Source: Gemmatimonadaceae bacterium (GTDB lineage Bacteria > Gemmatimonadota > Gemmatimonadetes > Gemmatimonadales > Gemmatimonadaceae). From it: a DNA stretch of 64,000 nucleotides. The stretch lies in NCBI GenBank assembly GCA_035626995.1, contig DASPMP010000019.1:9080-73079 (forward strand), written 5' to 3'. Numbering within the stretch: position 1 is the stretch's first letter; the number at the start of each line of letters is the position of its first letter. This document shows, one piece after another, positions 46,231-54,536 of the stretch. A program made the position numbers and the translations under genes. The notes beneath the pieces were generated by a model, which was not told the origin of the DNA, did no database searches, and was given only the letters and a program-made list of their open reading frames with translations.

Positions 46231-47835
46231 GTGCGCCTTCGCATCCTGGTGACGGACGAAATCGATCCCGAAGGGGTGGCACTCCTCACAGCGGTGCCGG
46301 AATTCGAAGTCGATGTCGTGCCTACGCTTCCGCCGAAGGAGCTTCTCGAGCGCATCGGGAACTATGACGCGCTCGTCGGCCGCAGCGCGACCCGAATTTC
46401 CGAAGAGGTGCTCACCAGGGGCACGCGGCTGAAAGTCGTCGGACGCGCCGGCGTCGGTGTCGACAATGTTGCTGTCGATCGCGCAACCGAGCTCGGGATC
46501 GCGGTCATCAACGCTCCCGCCGGAAACACAATCGCGGTCACGGAGCTGTTTTTTGGCGCCGTCATTGGGTTACTGCGCCAGATCCCGCAGGCGGCGCAGT
46601 CCATGGCCGAAGGGCGCTGGGATCGGTCGAAGCTCATGGGACATGAGCTGAAGGGGCGCGTCCTCGGCATCGTCGGCGTCGGACGCATCGGCAGTGAGGT
46701 GGCCAAGCGCGCGCACGCCTTCGGCATGGAGCTCGTGGGATTCGACCCGTACATCTCCGACGATCGCTTCGCGTCGCTGCGGGTCCGGCGTGCCACAGAA
46801 TTGCGCGAACTGTTTGCGGCCGTCGACATCGCCACGATCCATACGCCCCTCAACGACGAAACGCGCGGGATGATCGGCGACGAGCTGCTCGCGACGCTGC
46901 GGCCGGGAGCGATCGTCGTGAACATGGCGCGCGGTGGCATTGTTGACGACGCCGCATTGCTCGCCGCACTCAACTCCAATCACCTCCGCGGCGCGGTGCT
47001 CGACGTGTATGTCACCGAGCCGCTCCCCGCCAATCATCCGCTGCGGACGGCGCCCAATGTCGTGCTCATGCCGCACATGGGAGCATCCACGTATGAAGCG
47101 CAGCGCAACGTCGCGGTCGACGTTGCCCAGGCGGTGCGGGATGCACTCCTGAGCGGTGAGCTCTCACGCTCGCTCAATGTCGCCGCGGTATCGCGCGAAG
47201 ATTGGCTGGAGCTCCAACCGAGCATGGACGTGGCCGAGCGTGCCGCAACGGTGGCGCGAGCGCTCCTGGCGAGCCGAGGCCATCGCGAAGTGAAGCGGTT
47301 GTCGCTGCGTTGTGGCCCCGCAGCGATTGCGGGAAGTGATCTTCTGCTGGCGGCCGCCGCGGTCGGCGTCCTCAACCGCGTCGTGGAGACCGATCGGCTG
47401 AATCTCATCAGTGCGCGCGCGATGGCGGAGCTGCGCGGCATCGAGCTGTCGGTGCGCGAGACAGAACGTCTCGAGCATCCCAACGCCGTCGAGGTGACGC
47501 TGAGCGCGGGGGACCAGGAGCTGACGGTGCAAGGCGTGTCGGCGCGCGATACGCCAACGCGGCTCACACGCATCGACGGCTTTCATGTGGATGTCCCGCC
47601 ACGCCGCACGCTCATCGTCCTCACGAACAAGGACGTCCCCGGCGTCATCGGCCGCGTGGGAACACTCCTCGGCGAGTCGCGCATCAACATCGCGTCGTAC
47701 CATCAGTCCCGGCTGGCTCAGGGCGGAGACGCGCTCGCGGCGATCTCGGTCGACGATCCAGTGCCTCCGGAAGTCTGTCGCAGGTTGCTGCAGCTCCCGG
47801 ATGTGAAGTCGGCGACGGTGGTCAGCTTTCGCTGA
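46231..47835 (+). CDS. serA: D-3-phosphoglycerate dehydrogenase (long form with ASB and ACT domains)
   Basis: GTG at 46231 (VRLRILVTDEID). NAD motif GIVGVGRIGSEVA. HTPLNDETRGM..ARGGIVD. C-terminal ACT-like LIVLTNKDVPGVIGRVGTLLGESRINIA. Confidence 0.9.
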   Translation: MRLRILVTDEIDPEGVALLTAVPEFEVDVVPTLPPKELLERIGNYDALVGRSATRISEEVLTRGTRLKVVGRAGVGVDNVAVDRATELGIAVINAPAGNTIAVTELFFGAVIGLLRQIPQAAQSMAEGRWDRSKLMGHELKGRVLGIVGVGRIGSEVAKRAHAFGMELVGFDPYISDDRFASLRVRRATELRELFAAVDIATIHTPLNDETRGMIGDELLATLRPGAIVVNMARGGIVDDAALLAALNSNHLRGAVLDVYVTEPLPANHPLRTAPNVVLMPHMGASTYEAQRNVAVDVAQAVRDALLSGELSRSLNVAAVSREDWLELQPSMDVAERAATVARALLASRGHREVKRLSLRCGPAAIAGSDLLLAAAAVGVLNRVVETDRLNLISARAMAELRGIELSVRETERLEHPNAVEVTLSAGDQELTVQGVSARDTPTRLTRIDGFHVDVPPRRTLIVLTNKDVPGVIGRVGTLLGESRINIASYHQSRLAQGGDALAAISVDDPVPPEVCRRLLQLPDVKSATVVSFR

Positions 47836-47874
47836 CATTTATCGTCTAGGGTCTTCGACCGGCATCCAATCGGC

Positions 47875-48062
47875 GAAAGCGCTCAATTGGGTCTCGGATT
47901 CGGCTGAAACGCCGGATGAGGCTGATGACTGCGCTGCAGGTTGGCAAAGACCAATGCACAATTCCGAGAACAATGGGCATCAATGGAGTGGCATTGTTCA
48001 AGGAACAAATCCGGCTCTGATCCGCTGTTTCAGCCTAATCCGAGACCCCTTTGAGCGCTTTC
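47875..48062. repeat. 188-bp element bounded by 36-bp imperfect terminal inverted repeats (candidate MITE or structured RNA)
   Basis: The left arm GAAAGCGCTCAATTGGGTCTCGGATTCGGCTGAAAC (47875-47910) matches the reverse complement of 48027-48062 (GAAAGCGCTCAAAGGGGTCTCGGATTAGGCTGAAAC) at 33/36 positions. Nested stems: GCCGGAT/ATCCGGC (47911-17 / 48009-15) and GAACAATG/CATTGTTC (47968-75 / 47992-99). The interior is visibly less GC-rich than its surroundings. Confidence 0.7.
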
Positions 48063-48130
48063 ATTGAGATAGCACCAGTCGACGACGCCGAAGTAGCGGA
48101 CGACGCGCGTCGAGTCGACGAGCGGCTCCA

Positions 48131-49462
48131 ATGAGCGCTCACAGGCTTCTCAATACCGATCCAGCCGTTCGTCAGGCCTACAGCGCGGACGTCTCGGGGC
48201 TGGTCATGATTCCCGATGCGGTGGCCCGCCCCAGGACCGCCGCCCAAGTGCTGGAAGTCTTGACTTCCGCTGCAGCGAACGACACGCCGGTGACGCCTGC
48301 GGGCAGCCAGACCAGCACGACAGGCGCGTCGATTGCCGATCGCGGCATCCTGCTCTCCATGCGTGCGATGGATCGCGTCATCGACATTGATGTCGCTACA
48401 CGTCGCGCGATCGTCGAGCCCGGAGTCCTGCTGGGAGACCTGAATCGCGTCGCCGCCGAGCACGGATTGCTCTTTGCTCCGGATCCGACGAGCCTCGATG
48501 ACGTGACGGTAGGCGGAGCAGTCGCGTGCAACGCGTCCGGAGCGAGATCGCTGCTGTACGGGCCGACGCGACCACATGTACAGGCGCTCGACGTTGCACT
48601 GATGTCGGGCGCCCTGCTTCAGGTTCGACGCTCCGGCCTCGACAAGAACACGGCAGGTTATGCGTTCGCGCAGGAACCGGTGGACTGGTTCGTCGGGAGC
48701 GAAGGCTCGCTTGGAGTCATCACGCGCGCGGAGCTGTCGCTCGTACCACTTCCGCCCTCTGTCGTGGGGCTGGCATTTCCCTGTGCCGACGAAGCAACGG
48801 CGCTCTCGCTGGTGATCGCCATCCGGGAATCGCCGCTGCGTCCGCGGTGCATCGAGTACTTCGACCCGGTCGCACTGGATGTCGCGCTCCAGCGCTCGGG
48901 TGCCCTCGTCTATGTCGAGGACGCGACCGGGATGCCACTCGACGCATGGCTCGAGCTCGCGGAGCGTTTCGGCGCAGCGCAGGACATCGAGGTGTTCGAG
49001 GGAGACGCCGCGCTTCGCGAAGCGCGCAGGTTCCGCCATGCGGTGCCAGCGACGATGAATGAGCGTGGCGCCGCACGTCGCAGTGCCGGAGGCCGGAAGG
49101 TGTCCACAGACTGGGCGGTTCCATATCGCCGGCTTCCGGAAGCCATCGCGCATGCGCGGCGCCTGGTCGACGCCGCTGGCCTGGATCAACCTGCCATCTA
49201 TGGCCATGCGGGCAACGGTCACCCGCATGAAAATTTCATCGCCGCCGACGCGGACGAGCTGCATCGTGTCGAACAGGTCGTCGAGGAAACGTTGCGCTAC
49301 GTGCTCTCCATCGGAGGCACCGTGTCGGCCGAGCATGGGATCGGGAAAATCAAGCGGAGGTGGCTGCCCTTGCAGGCGAGCCTCACGCAGCTCGGGGTCA
49401 TGCGCGCGGTGAAGCGCGAGCTCGATCCGCGCGACCTTCTTGCGCCGGGGAACATCCTGTGA
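48131..49462 (+). CDS. FAD-linked oxidase/dehydrogenase of the GlcD family (possible D-2-hydroxyacid dehydrogenase)
   Basis: 443 aa. PCMH-type FAD domain (..PVTPAGSQTSTTGASI.., LLFAPDPTS...VGGAVACNASG, GSEGSLGVITRAELSLVPLP). C-terminal ..SAEHGIGKIKR. Confidence 0.85.
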   Translation: MSAHRLLNTDPAVRQAYSADVSGLVMIPDAVARPRTAAQVLEVLTSAAANDTPVTPAGSQTSTTGASIADRGILLSMRAMDRVIDIDVATRRAIVEPGVLLGDLNRVAAEHGLLFAPDPTSLDDVTVGGAVACNASGARSLLYGPTRPHVQALDVALMSGALLQVRRSGLDKNTAGYAFAQEPVDWFVGSEGSLGVITRAELSLVPLPPSVVGLAFPCADEATALSLVIAIRESPLRPRCIEYFDPVALDVALQRSGALVYVEDATGMPLDAWLELAERFGAAQDIEVFEGDAALREARRFRHAVPATMNERGAARRSAGGRKVSTDWAVPYRRLPEAIAHARRLVDAAGLDQPAIYGHAGNGHPHENFIAADADELHRVEQVVEETLRYVLSIGGTVSAEHGIGKIKRRWLPLQASLTQLGVMRAVKRELDPRDLLAPGNIL

Positions 49463-50103
49463 AGTTCGCCTCCGTTGTTCTCGACGTGGATTCAACGCTC
49501 TGCGGCGTGGAAGGCATCGACTGGCTCGCGCAACAGCGCGGTGGCGACATTGCCGAACGCACGCGCGCGCTGACGGACCGTGCGATGGATGGCGAGATCA
49601 CTCTCGACGCCGTCTATGGCGAGCGGCTCGCGCTCATCAGGCCCAACCGCGATGACATCGAAGCGCTCGCACGCATCTATCGCCAGACGATTGCCCCAGG
49701 CGCTGCCGATGCCATCCGTCAACTCATCGGGCAGCGAACGCAGGTCGTGCTCGTCAGCGGAGGGATCCGCCAGGCCATCGCACCGTTAGCGCGCGAGCTC
49801 GGTGTGCCCGTCCAAGCCGTCGATCTCCACTTCGACCCGTCGGGAGCTTTCGCGGGTTTCGACCACGCCTCCCTGCTCGCGACGCAGATGGGAAAGCGTG
49901 AAGTCGTTCGCTCCCTGTCACTTCCGCGCCCCATACTCGCGGTGGGCGACGGGTCCACCGACGTGGCAATGAAGGACGCCGTTGACCGGTTTGTGGCATT
50001 CACGGGTTTTCACAAGCGAGCACAGGTCGTGCAACAGGCGGCGGGTGAGGTGGCCACATTCGGGGAGCTCCTGCAACTCGTACGCGGCGACCGCGCTCGC
50101 TGA
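49459..50103 (+). CDS. HAD-IB hydrolase, phosphoserine phosphatase (SerB)-like
   Basis: The GTG at 49459 overlaps the upstream stop (GTGA). HAD motif I VLDVDSTLC; motif II LVSGG; motif IV AVGDGSTDVAM. Confidence 0.75.
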   Translation: MKFASVVLDVDSTLCGVEGIDWLAQQRGGDIAERTRALTDRAMDGEITLDAVYGERLALIRPNRDDIEALARIYRQTIAPGAADAIRQLIGQRTQVVLVSGGIRQAIAPLARELGVPVQAVDLHFDPSGAFAGFDHASLLATQMGKREVVRSLSLPRPILAVGDGSTDVAMKDAVDRFVAFTGFHKRAQVVQQAAGEVATFGELLQLVRGDRAR

Positions 50104-50131
50104 TTTTCACAGGTCTCGCGGGAAGGTCATC

Positions 50132-51253
50132 ATGAAGCTTCGTGCGCCGCTGCTCGTTGCCGCCCTCCTGGGCTGCAGCGATCCCAATCCGCCGCTGCCG
50201 TCTGCGCTTCGTGTCACCCCGTTCGTCAACGGCCTCTCCGCGCCCATTTTCCTCGCGTCGCCGCCAGGGGACGCACGGGTTTTCATCGCCGAGCAGGGTG
50301 GCCGCATCCGGGTCGTTGTCGACGGCGCCCTTGTGGAAGAGCCATTCCTCGACATCAGCTCGAAGATCAGCGCGGGGGGTGAGCGCGGACTCCTCGGCTT
50401 CGCGTTCCACCCCGACTTTGCCACGAACGGATTTTTCTACGTCAACTACACGGACCTCAACGGCGATACGAAGATCGAGCGATATCACGCCCAGCCATCC
50501 GCGTTGACTGCGGACGCGGCGTCGGCATCACATGTCCTCGGAATTCCTCAGCCGTTCTCGAATCACAATGGCGGGATGCTCCTCTTCGGTCCTGATGGCA
50601 ACCTGTGGATTGGCACTGGCGATGGTGGCAGCGGTGGCGACCCGCAGGGAAACGGACAGCGGACGACCACGCTGCTCGGAAAGATGCTCCGTATCAGCGT
50701 CGGCGCGGCCGACGGATATGCGATTCCCCTCGATAATCCCTTCGCGACGAGTACCGCGGTGCGCACGGAGATCTGGGGACTGGGACTCCGGAATCCCTGG
50801 CGTTACTCCATCGATCGCGGCACGGGCTTGCTCTACGTGGCCGACGTCGGACAGAACGCGTGGGAGGAAATTCACGTCGTCCGCACGAATGCGTCTCCCG
50901 TGAATTTCGGATGGGTCATCATGGAAGGCACCCGGTGCTACAACGCCGAGAGCTGTGACATGAACGGCCTCGATATTCCCGTCCTCGAATATCCACACGC
51001 CGAGGGTTGCTCCATCACCGGTGGGTTCGTCTATCGCGGGAGCTTCATTCCCGGAATCCGAGGACACTATTTCTACAGCGATTTCTGCACTGGGTTTCTG
51101 CGCAGCTTCCGCTACGCGGACGGCCGGGCGACGCAGCAGCGGGAATGGGACGTCGGTGACCTCGGCAACGTCATGTCCTTCGGCGAGGATTCCGCCGGAG
51201 AGCTGTACATCCTGTCGTCGAACGGCACGGTATACAGGATCGTTCCTCCGTAA
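50132..51253 (+). CDS. PQQ-dependent sugar dehydrogenase (soluble glucose/sorbosone dehydrogenase, GSDH family) lipoprotein
   Basis: Lipobox LLGC. GERGLLGFAFHPDF..FFYVNYT, SNHNGGMLLFGPDGNLWIGTGDGG, GLRNPWRYS. Confidence 0.85.
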   Translation: MKLRAPLLVAALLGCSDPNPPLPSALRVTPFVNGLSAPIFLASPPGDARVFIAEQGGRIRVVVDGALVEEPFLDISSKISAGGERGLLGFAFHPDFATNGFFYVNYTDLNGDTKIERYHAQPSALTADAASASHVLGIPQPFSNHNGGMLLFGPDGNLWIGTGDGGSGGDPQGNGQRTTTLLGKMLRISVGAADGYAIPLDNPFATSTAVRTEIWGLGLRNPWRYSIDRGTGLLYVADVGQNAWEEIHVVRTNASPVNFGWVIMEGTRCYNAESCDMNGLDIPVLEYPHAEGCSITGGFVYRGSFIPGIRGHYFYSDFCTGFLRSFRYADGRATQQREWDVGDLGNVMSFGEDSAGELYILSSNGTVYRIVPP

Positions 51254-51304
51254 TTCGACGACGCGACTCGATCGCGTGCGCGTCGCAAGCCCGATGCGCT
51301 TCGC

Positions 51305-52855
51305 ATGAACGAACGCGCTGGCGTCGCGGTGTCGATGTCCCGCCGGGAGCTCGCATATCTCGTAATGGCACTTGCCGGGGGCACGATCGCGCTCCTGTCC
51401 GTCAGCGGTGTGCTGTGGACGCGTCCGTTGTGGATGGATGAACTGGCGACGGCCTGGGTAACCGCGCATGCGTCCCCGGTCGATGTTGTGCGCCACATCG
51501 CGCGAGGGGGCGAATGGTCGCCGCCGGCATATCATCTTCTCGTCTGGATCGTACGCCAATTGAGTGGTGGCGGACTCGATCCCATCGTACTGCGGTCCGT
51601 GTCAGCGTTGCTCGCAACCGTCGCCATCGCGCTGGTGTATGCGACGCTTCGCCGACGCGTCGAGATCGCGACTGCTGCGGCCGCAACGCTCGTGATGGTG
51701 GGACATTCGCTGTTCATCGAGCAGGCTTTCGAGGGCCGCATGTACGCGGGTTGGCTCGCGGCGGCCGCCTTCTACGCATGGTCCCTGGGGCAACCGCAGC
51801 ACACGCGTGGAGCACGCGTACGACAGGGGCTCGCGGCCGTGTTGCTCGTCGCCGTACACTGGTTCGGCATCCTCTCACTTGGCCTGATGGCGGTCGGAGC
51901 GTTGTTGGCGCGGACTGGTGCGCTGCGGGACCGCATTCGGCTCGTCGTTCCCAGCGCTGCCGGAATCATCGCGCTGATCGCCCTGTCGCCGCTCGTGCTG
52001 GCACAACGGCGCGCTGCGTCAGGCATCCTTTGGGTGCCCGAGATCACCCTCGACCAGACGACCGTCCTGCTGCGCTTCTTCCTCCCGGCAGCAGCGATGG
52101 TAATCGTGGCGATTGCGGCCGTCGCATCTGTTCCATGGCGCGAATCGGCGTCGGCTGAAGCGAACCCTGATCCGCTCAACCCCGGTATCGCCGCGCTTAC
52201 CTCGCTCGTTCTGATGCCGCTGGTGTTGATTCTGGTGTCGCTGTTGCTGCAGCCGTCGATGCTGCCGCGTTATGCAGTCGTTACGGTGTTGGGATGGCCG
52301 GCGATTTTCGCGCTCGCCATTCATCTGCTGGATGTGCGTTTCCGGGTCGCGCTCGTGACGGTTTTTTCGTTCGTCGCTGCCCTGTCTTTCGCCGATGCAA
52401 CGGATGTGCGTCAGGTCTTCGCCCGCCGTGCTGCCGCGTTGCAGTCCGCGGTCCGTGAAGCGGGCGGCACACGTTTGCCCGTTGTGCTCCAGGCAATTCA
52501 CCCGATGTACTACGCCGCGCTTCCGACACCGGGCGCGCCACCACCAGCTCGGTACATCTCCGTCCCCGATTCCGCGATAGCCGGCATGTACGATGGACCC
52601 TACGCCCCCTACGTCCGCCGACACCTGCATCTGGAGCGCGAGATTGCCGCGGAGCATGAACGGCTGTTCGGCTTTCCTCCCTCGGTTGCGCTTGCGACCC
52701 TGGACACCACGCCCGCCTTCGCGCTCGTCGCCGACGCAGGGAGTCTTCCGCCGCAGTACGGAAGCGTGCAGCAATGGGCCAGGCGTCTGCTGCCGAATCA
52801 TTCCGTGCGACGCGTGAGCCCCCTGGTGTCCATTCTCGAGCGTCAGGCGCGTTGA
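51305..52855 (+). CDS. GT-C fold membrane glycosyltransferase (PMT/ArnT/GT39-GT83-like), paralog 1
   Basis: 516 aa and polytopic. First-loop acidic motif RPLWMDELATAW. C-terminal soluble domain of about 150 aa. Confidence 0.7.
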   Translation: MNERAGVAVSMSRRELAYLVMALAGGTIALLSVSGVLWTRPLWMDELATAWVTAHASPVDVVRHIARGGEWSPPAYHLLVWIVRQLSGGGLDPIVLRSVSALLATVAIALVYATLRRRVEIATAAAATLVMVGHSLFIEQAFEGRMYAGWLAAAAFYAWSLGQPQHTRGARVRQGLAAVLLVAVHWFGILSLGLMAVGALLARTGALRDRIRLVVPSAAGIIALIALSPLVLAQRRAASGILWVPEITLDQTTVLLRFFLPAAAMVIVAIAAVASVPWRESASAEANPDPLNPGIAALTSLVLMPLVLILVSLLLQPSMLPRYAVVTVLGWPAIFALAIHLLDVRFRVALVTVFSFVAALSFADATDVRQVFARRAAALQSAVREAGGTRLPVVLQAIHPMYYAALPTPGAPPPARYISVPDSAIAGMYDGPYAPYVRRHLHLEREIAAEHERLFGFPPSVALATLDTTPAFALVADAGSLPPQYGSVQQWARRLLPNHSVRRVSPLVSILERQAR

Positions 52856-54435
52856 GCACGCAACTGTCGTCCCGGCGTGACACGCTGATCGTTGCTGGTG
52901 TCATGCTCGCGCTGCTGGGCTGCGCGGTGAGCGTGTGGAACATCCTGCTCACTCGGCCGCTCTGGCTCGATGAAGTCCACACGCTGATCGTGGCAGAGCG
53001 CCCCACCGCGGCGCTGGTCCTGTCCGACCTTACCGGTGGCGTCGATACTGCGCCAGGCCTGATGCACCTCCTCATGTGGTCAATCGGCAGGGTGGTATCG
53101 CTCTCGCCCGTCGTGCTGCATCTCGTCCCCCTCGTCGCCGTGTGGCTGGGGCATGTGTTCCTGTTCGCGGCGTTGCGCCGGCGTTTTGGCGTCATCGCTT
53201 CCAGCGCGGGAACGCTCGCGGTGCTGACGACCCTCCTGGTCGTCCAGATGACGTATGAGGCACGGTTCTACGGGCTGTGGCTCATGTTCGCGGCAGGATT
53301 CGCATGCGCAATCGGTCGGGAGCCATCGCGCGGACGCGATCTGCTGGTCGGTGTATTCGCGATCCTGCTCTGCACCATTCACTGGTTTGGCGTCATCTCC
53401 CTGGGGATCATGTGCGTCGCAGTGATGACGGTGCACTGGCGGACATGGCGTGTCGGCCTCCGCGCAATCGTCCCTGCCGCCGCAGGCATCATTGCCCTGC
53501 TTTTCACCATTCCGGTGCTGCTCGGTCAACGCGCCGCCGTGACGGCGCCGACCTGGATCCCCGCCCCGAATTCAGGACAGATATGGGAGATGACGCGAAC
53601 GTTTTACGTCGCGCTCGTTCCCGTGCTCGCCGTTTTGATTCTGCTCGCTCAGCGACTCCGGCCGAGAGCTGACAGCCGAGACCTGACAGCCGAGGGCCGA
53701 GAGCTGACAGCCGAGAGCCGGGAGCCGAGGCCGGACGGCCGAGAGCCGAGGGCGCTATGGAACCGCAGCATCGTGGCACTCGCGTCGCTCGCCTTGATGC
53801 CCGTCGCGATGTACATGGTGTCCGTCGTGCTGCAGCCCAGCCTCCTCGACCGGTATTCAACGGTTGCATTGCTGGCATGGGCGCCCCTCGTCGCCTGCGC
53901 GACTCAAGCGCTTCCCGCGCGCGCCGGTGTGCTGTTCTCGCTCCTTTTGCTCAGCCTCGGCGCACTCAACTACCGTCGCGCTGCCGGCGGCATGCAGAGT
54001 TACCAGCGGGTGTTCGACGCCGATTTGCGCTCGTGGAACGCTGCCGTCTCCCGCACCGACCTTCCGATCGTTTTCCAGGCGCGGCATGTCCAGCTTCCCA
54101 TCGCTGCCGTAAAACCGTCAGGGCGCGAACGGATGGCATTTCTGGTGCTGCCGGACTCCACTCTCAACGCCGCCTTCAACGTGCGTGGCCCGCTGCGGCT
54201 GATGAACGCATTCTTCCGGTTCGAGCGCGAGGCCGCGCTGCTACACCATCGCGTCTATCGCTTTCCACCGGTGCGAACCCAGGCCGAGCTGGATACCACG
54301 TCCCAATTCCTGCTGCTGGCTTCAGACGCGAGCCTGCCCCCGGGCTACAAGAACGTCGAGCGATTCGCGCAGGTCTTTTTCCCGACACACACGGTGACGC
54401 GACTCGAAAGGAATCTGGCGCTGCTGAGACGGTGA
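52852..54435 (+). CDS. GT-C fold membrane glycosyltransferase, paralog 2 (carries an in-frame repeat insertion)
   Basis: The TTG at 52852 overlaps the upstream stop. RPLWLDEVHTLI. Colinear with paralog 1 along its whole length, including the C-terminal ..ASLPPGY.. region. Confidence 0.7.
   Translation: MSTQLSSRRDTLIVAGVMLALLGCAVSVWNILLTRPLWLDEVHTLIVAERPTAALVLSDLTGGVDTAPGLMHLLMWSIGRVVSLSPVVLHLVPLVAVWLGHVFLFAALRRRFGVIASSAGTLAVLTTLLVVQMTYEARFYGLWLMFAAGFACAIGREPSRGRDLLVGVFAILLCTIHWFGVISLGIMCVAVMTVHWRTWRVGLRAIVPAAAGIIALLFTIPVLLGQRAAVTAPTWIPAPNSGQIWEMTRTFYVALVPVLAVLILLAQRLRPRADSRDLTAEGRELTAESREPRPDGREPRALWNRSIVALASLALMPVAMYMVSVVLQPSLLDRYSTVALLAWAPLVACATQALPARAGVLFSLLLLSLGALNYRRAAGGMQSYQRVFDADLRSWNAAVSRTDLPIVFQARHVQLPIAAVKPSGRERMAFLVLPDSTLNAAFNVRGPLRLMNAFFRFEREAALLHHRVYRFPPVRTQAELDTTSQFLLLASDASLPPGYKNVERFAQVFFPTHTVTRLERNLALLRR
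53661..53751. repeat. GCCGAGAGCTGACA / GCCGAGR repeat array inside the coding sequence of GT-C paralog 2
   Basis: gccgagagctgaca gccgagacctgaca gccgagg gccgagagctgaca gccgaga gccggga gccgagg ccggacg gccgaga gccgagg. Translated as ..RADSRDLTAEGRELTAESREPRPDGREPRA.. Confidence 0.9.
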
Positions 54436-54452
54436 GGCGCTAGGCGCCGCTA

Positions 54453-54527
54453 GTCGGCTTGTCGGATGGTAGGCTTCTCGATGTTTTGAGAAGCTGAGAA
54501 GCCGTCAAGCAGATAAGCCATCAAGCC
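54453..54527. terminator. Imperfect inverted repeat of GGCTTNNC / GAGAAGCY units between convergent genes (candidate bidirectional terminator)
   Basis: gtcggcttgtcggatggtaggcttctc - gatgtttt - gagaagctgagaagccgtcaagcagataagccatcaagcc, lying between the stop at 54433-35 (+) and the stop at 54537-39 (-). Confidence 0.5.
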
Positions 54528-54536
54528 CGTTGCCAG

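Noticed and set aside
48035-49495. 486-aa minus-strand ORF
   Set aside because: It is antisense to the FAD-linked oxidase gene (48131-49462), which has clear family motifs. The minus ORF is Arg-rich with no recognisable domain, as is typical of high-GC shadow ORFs.
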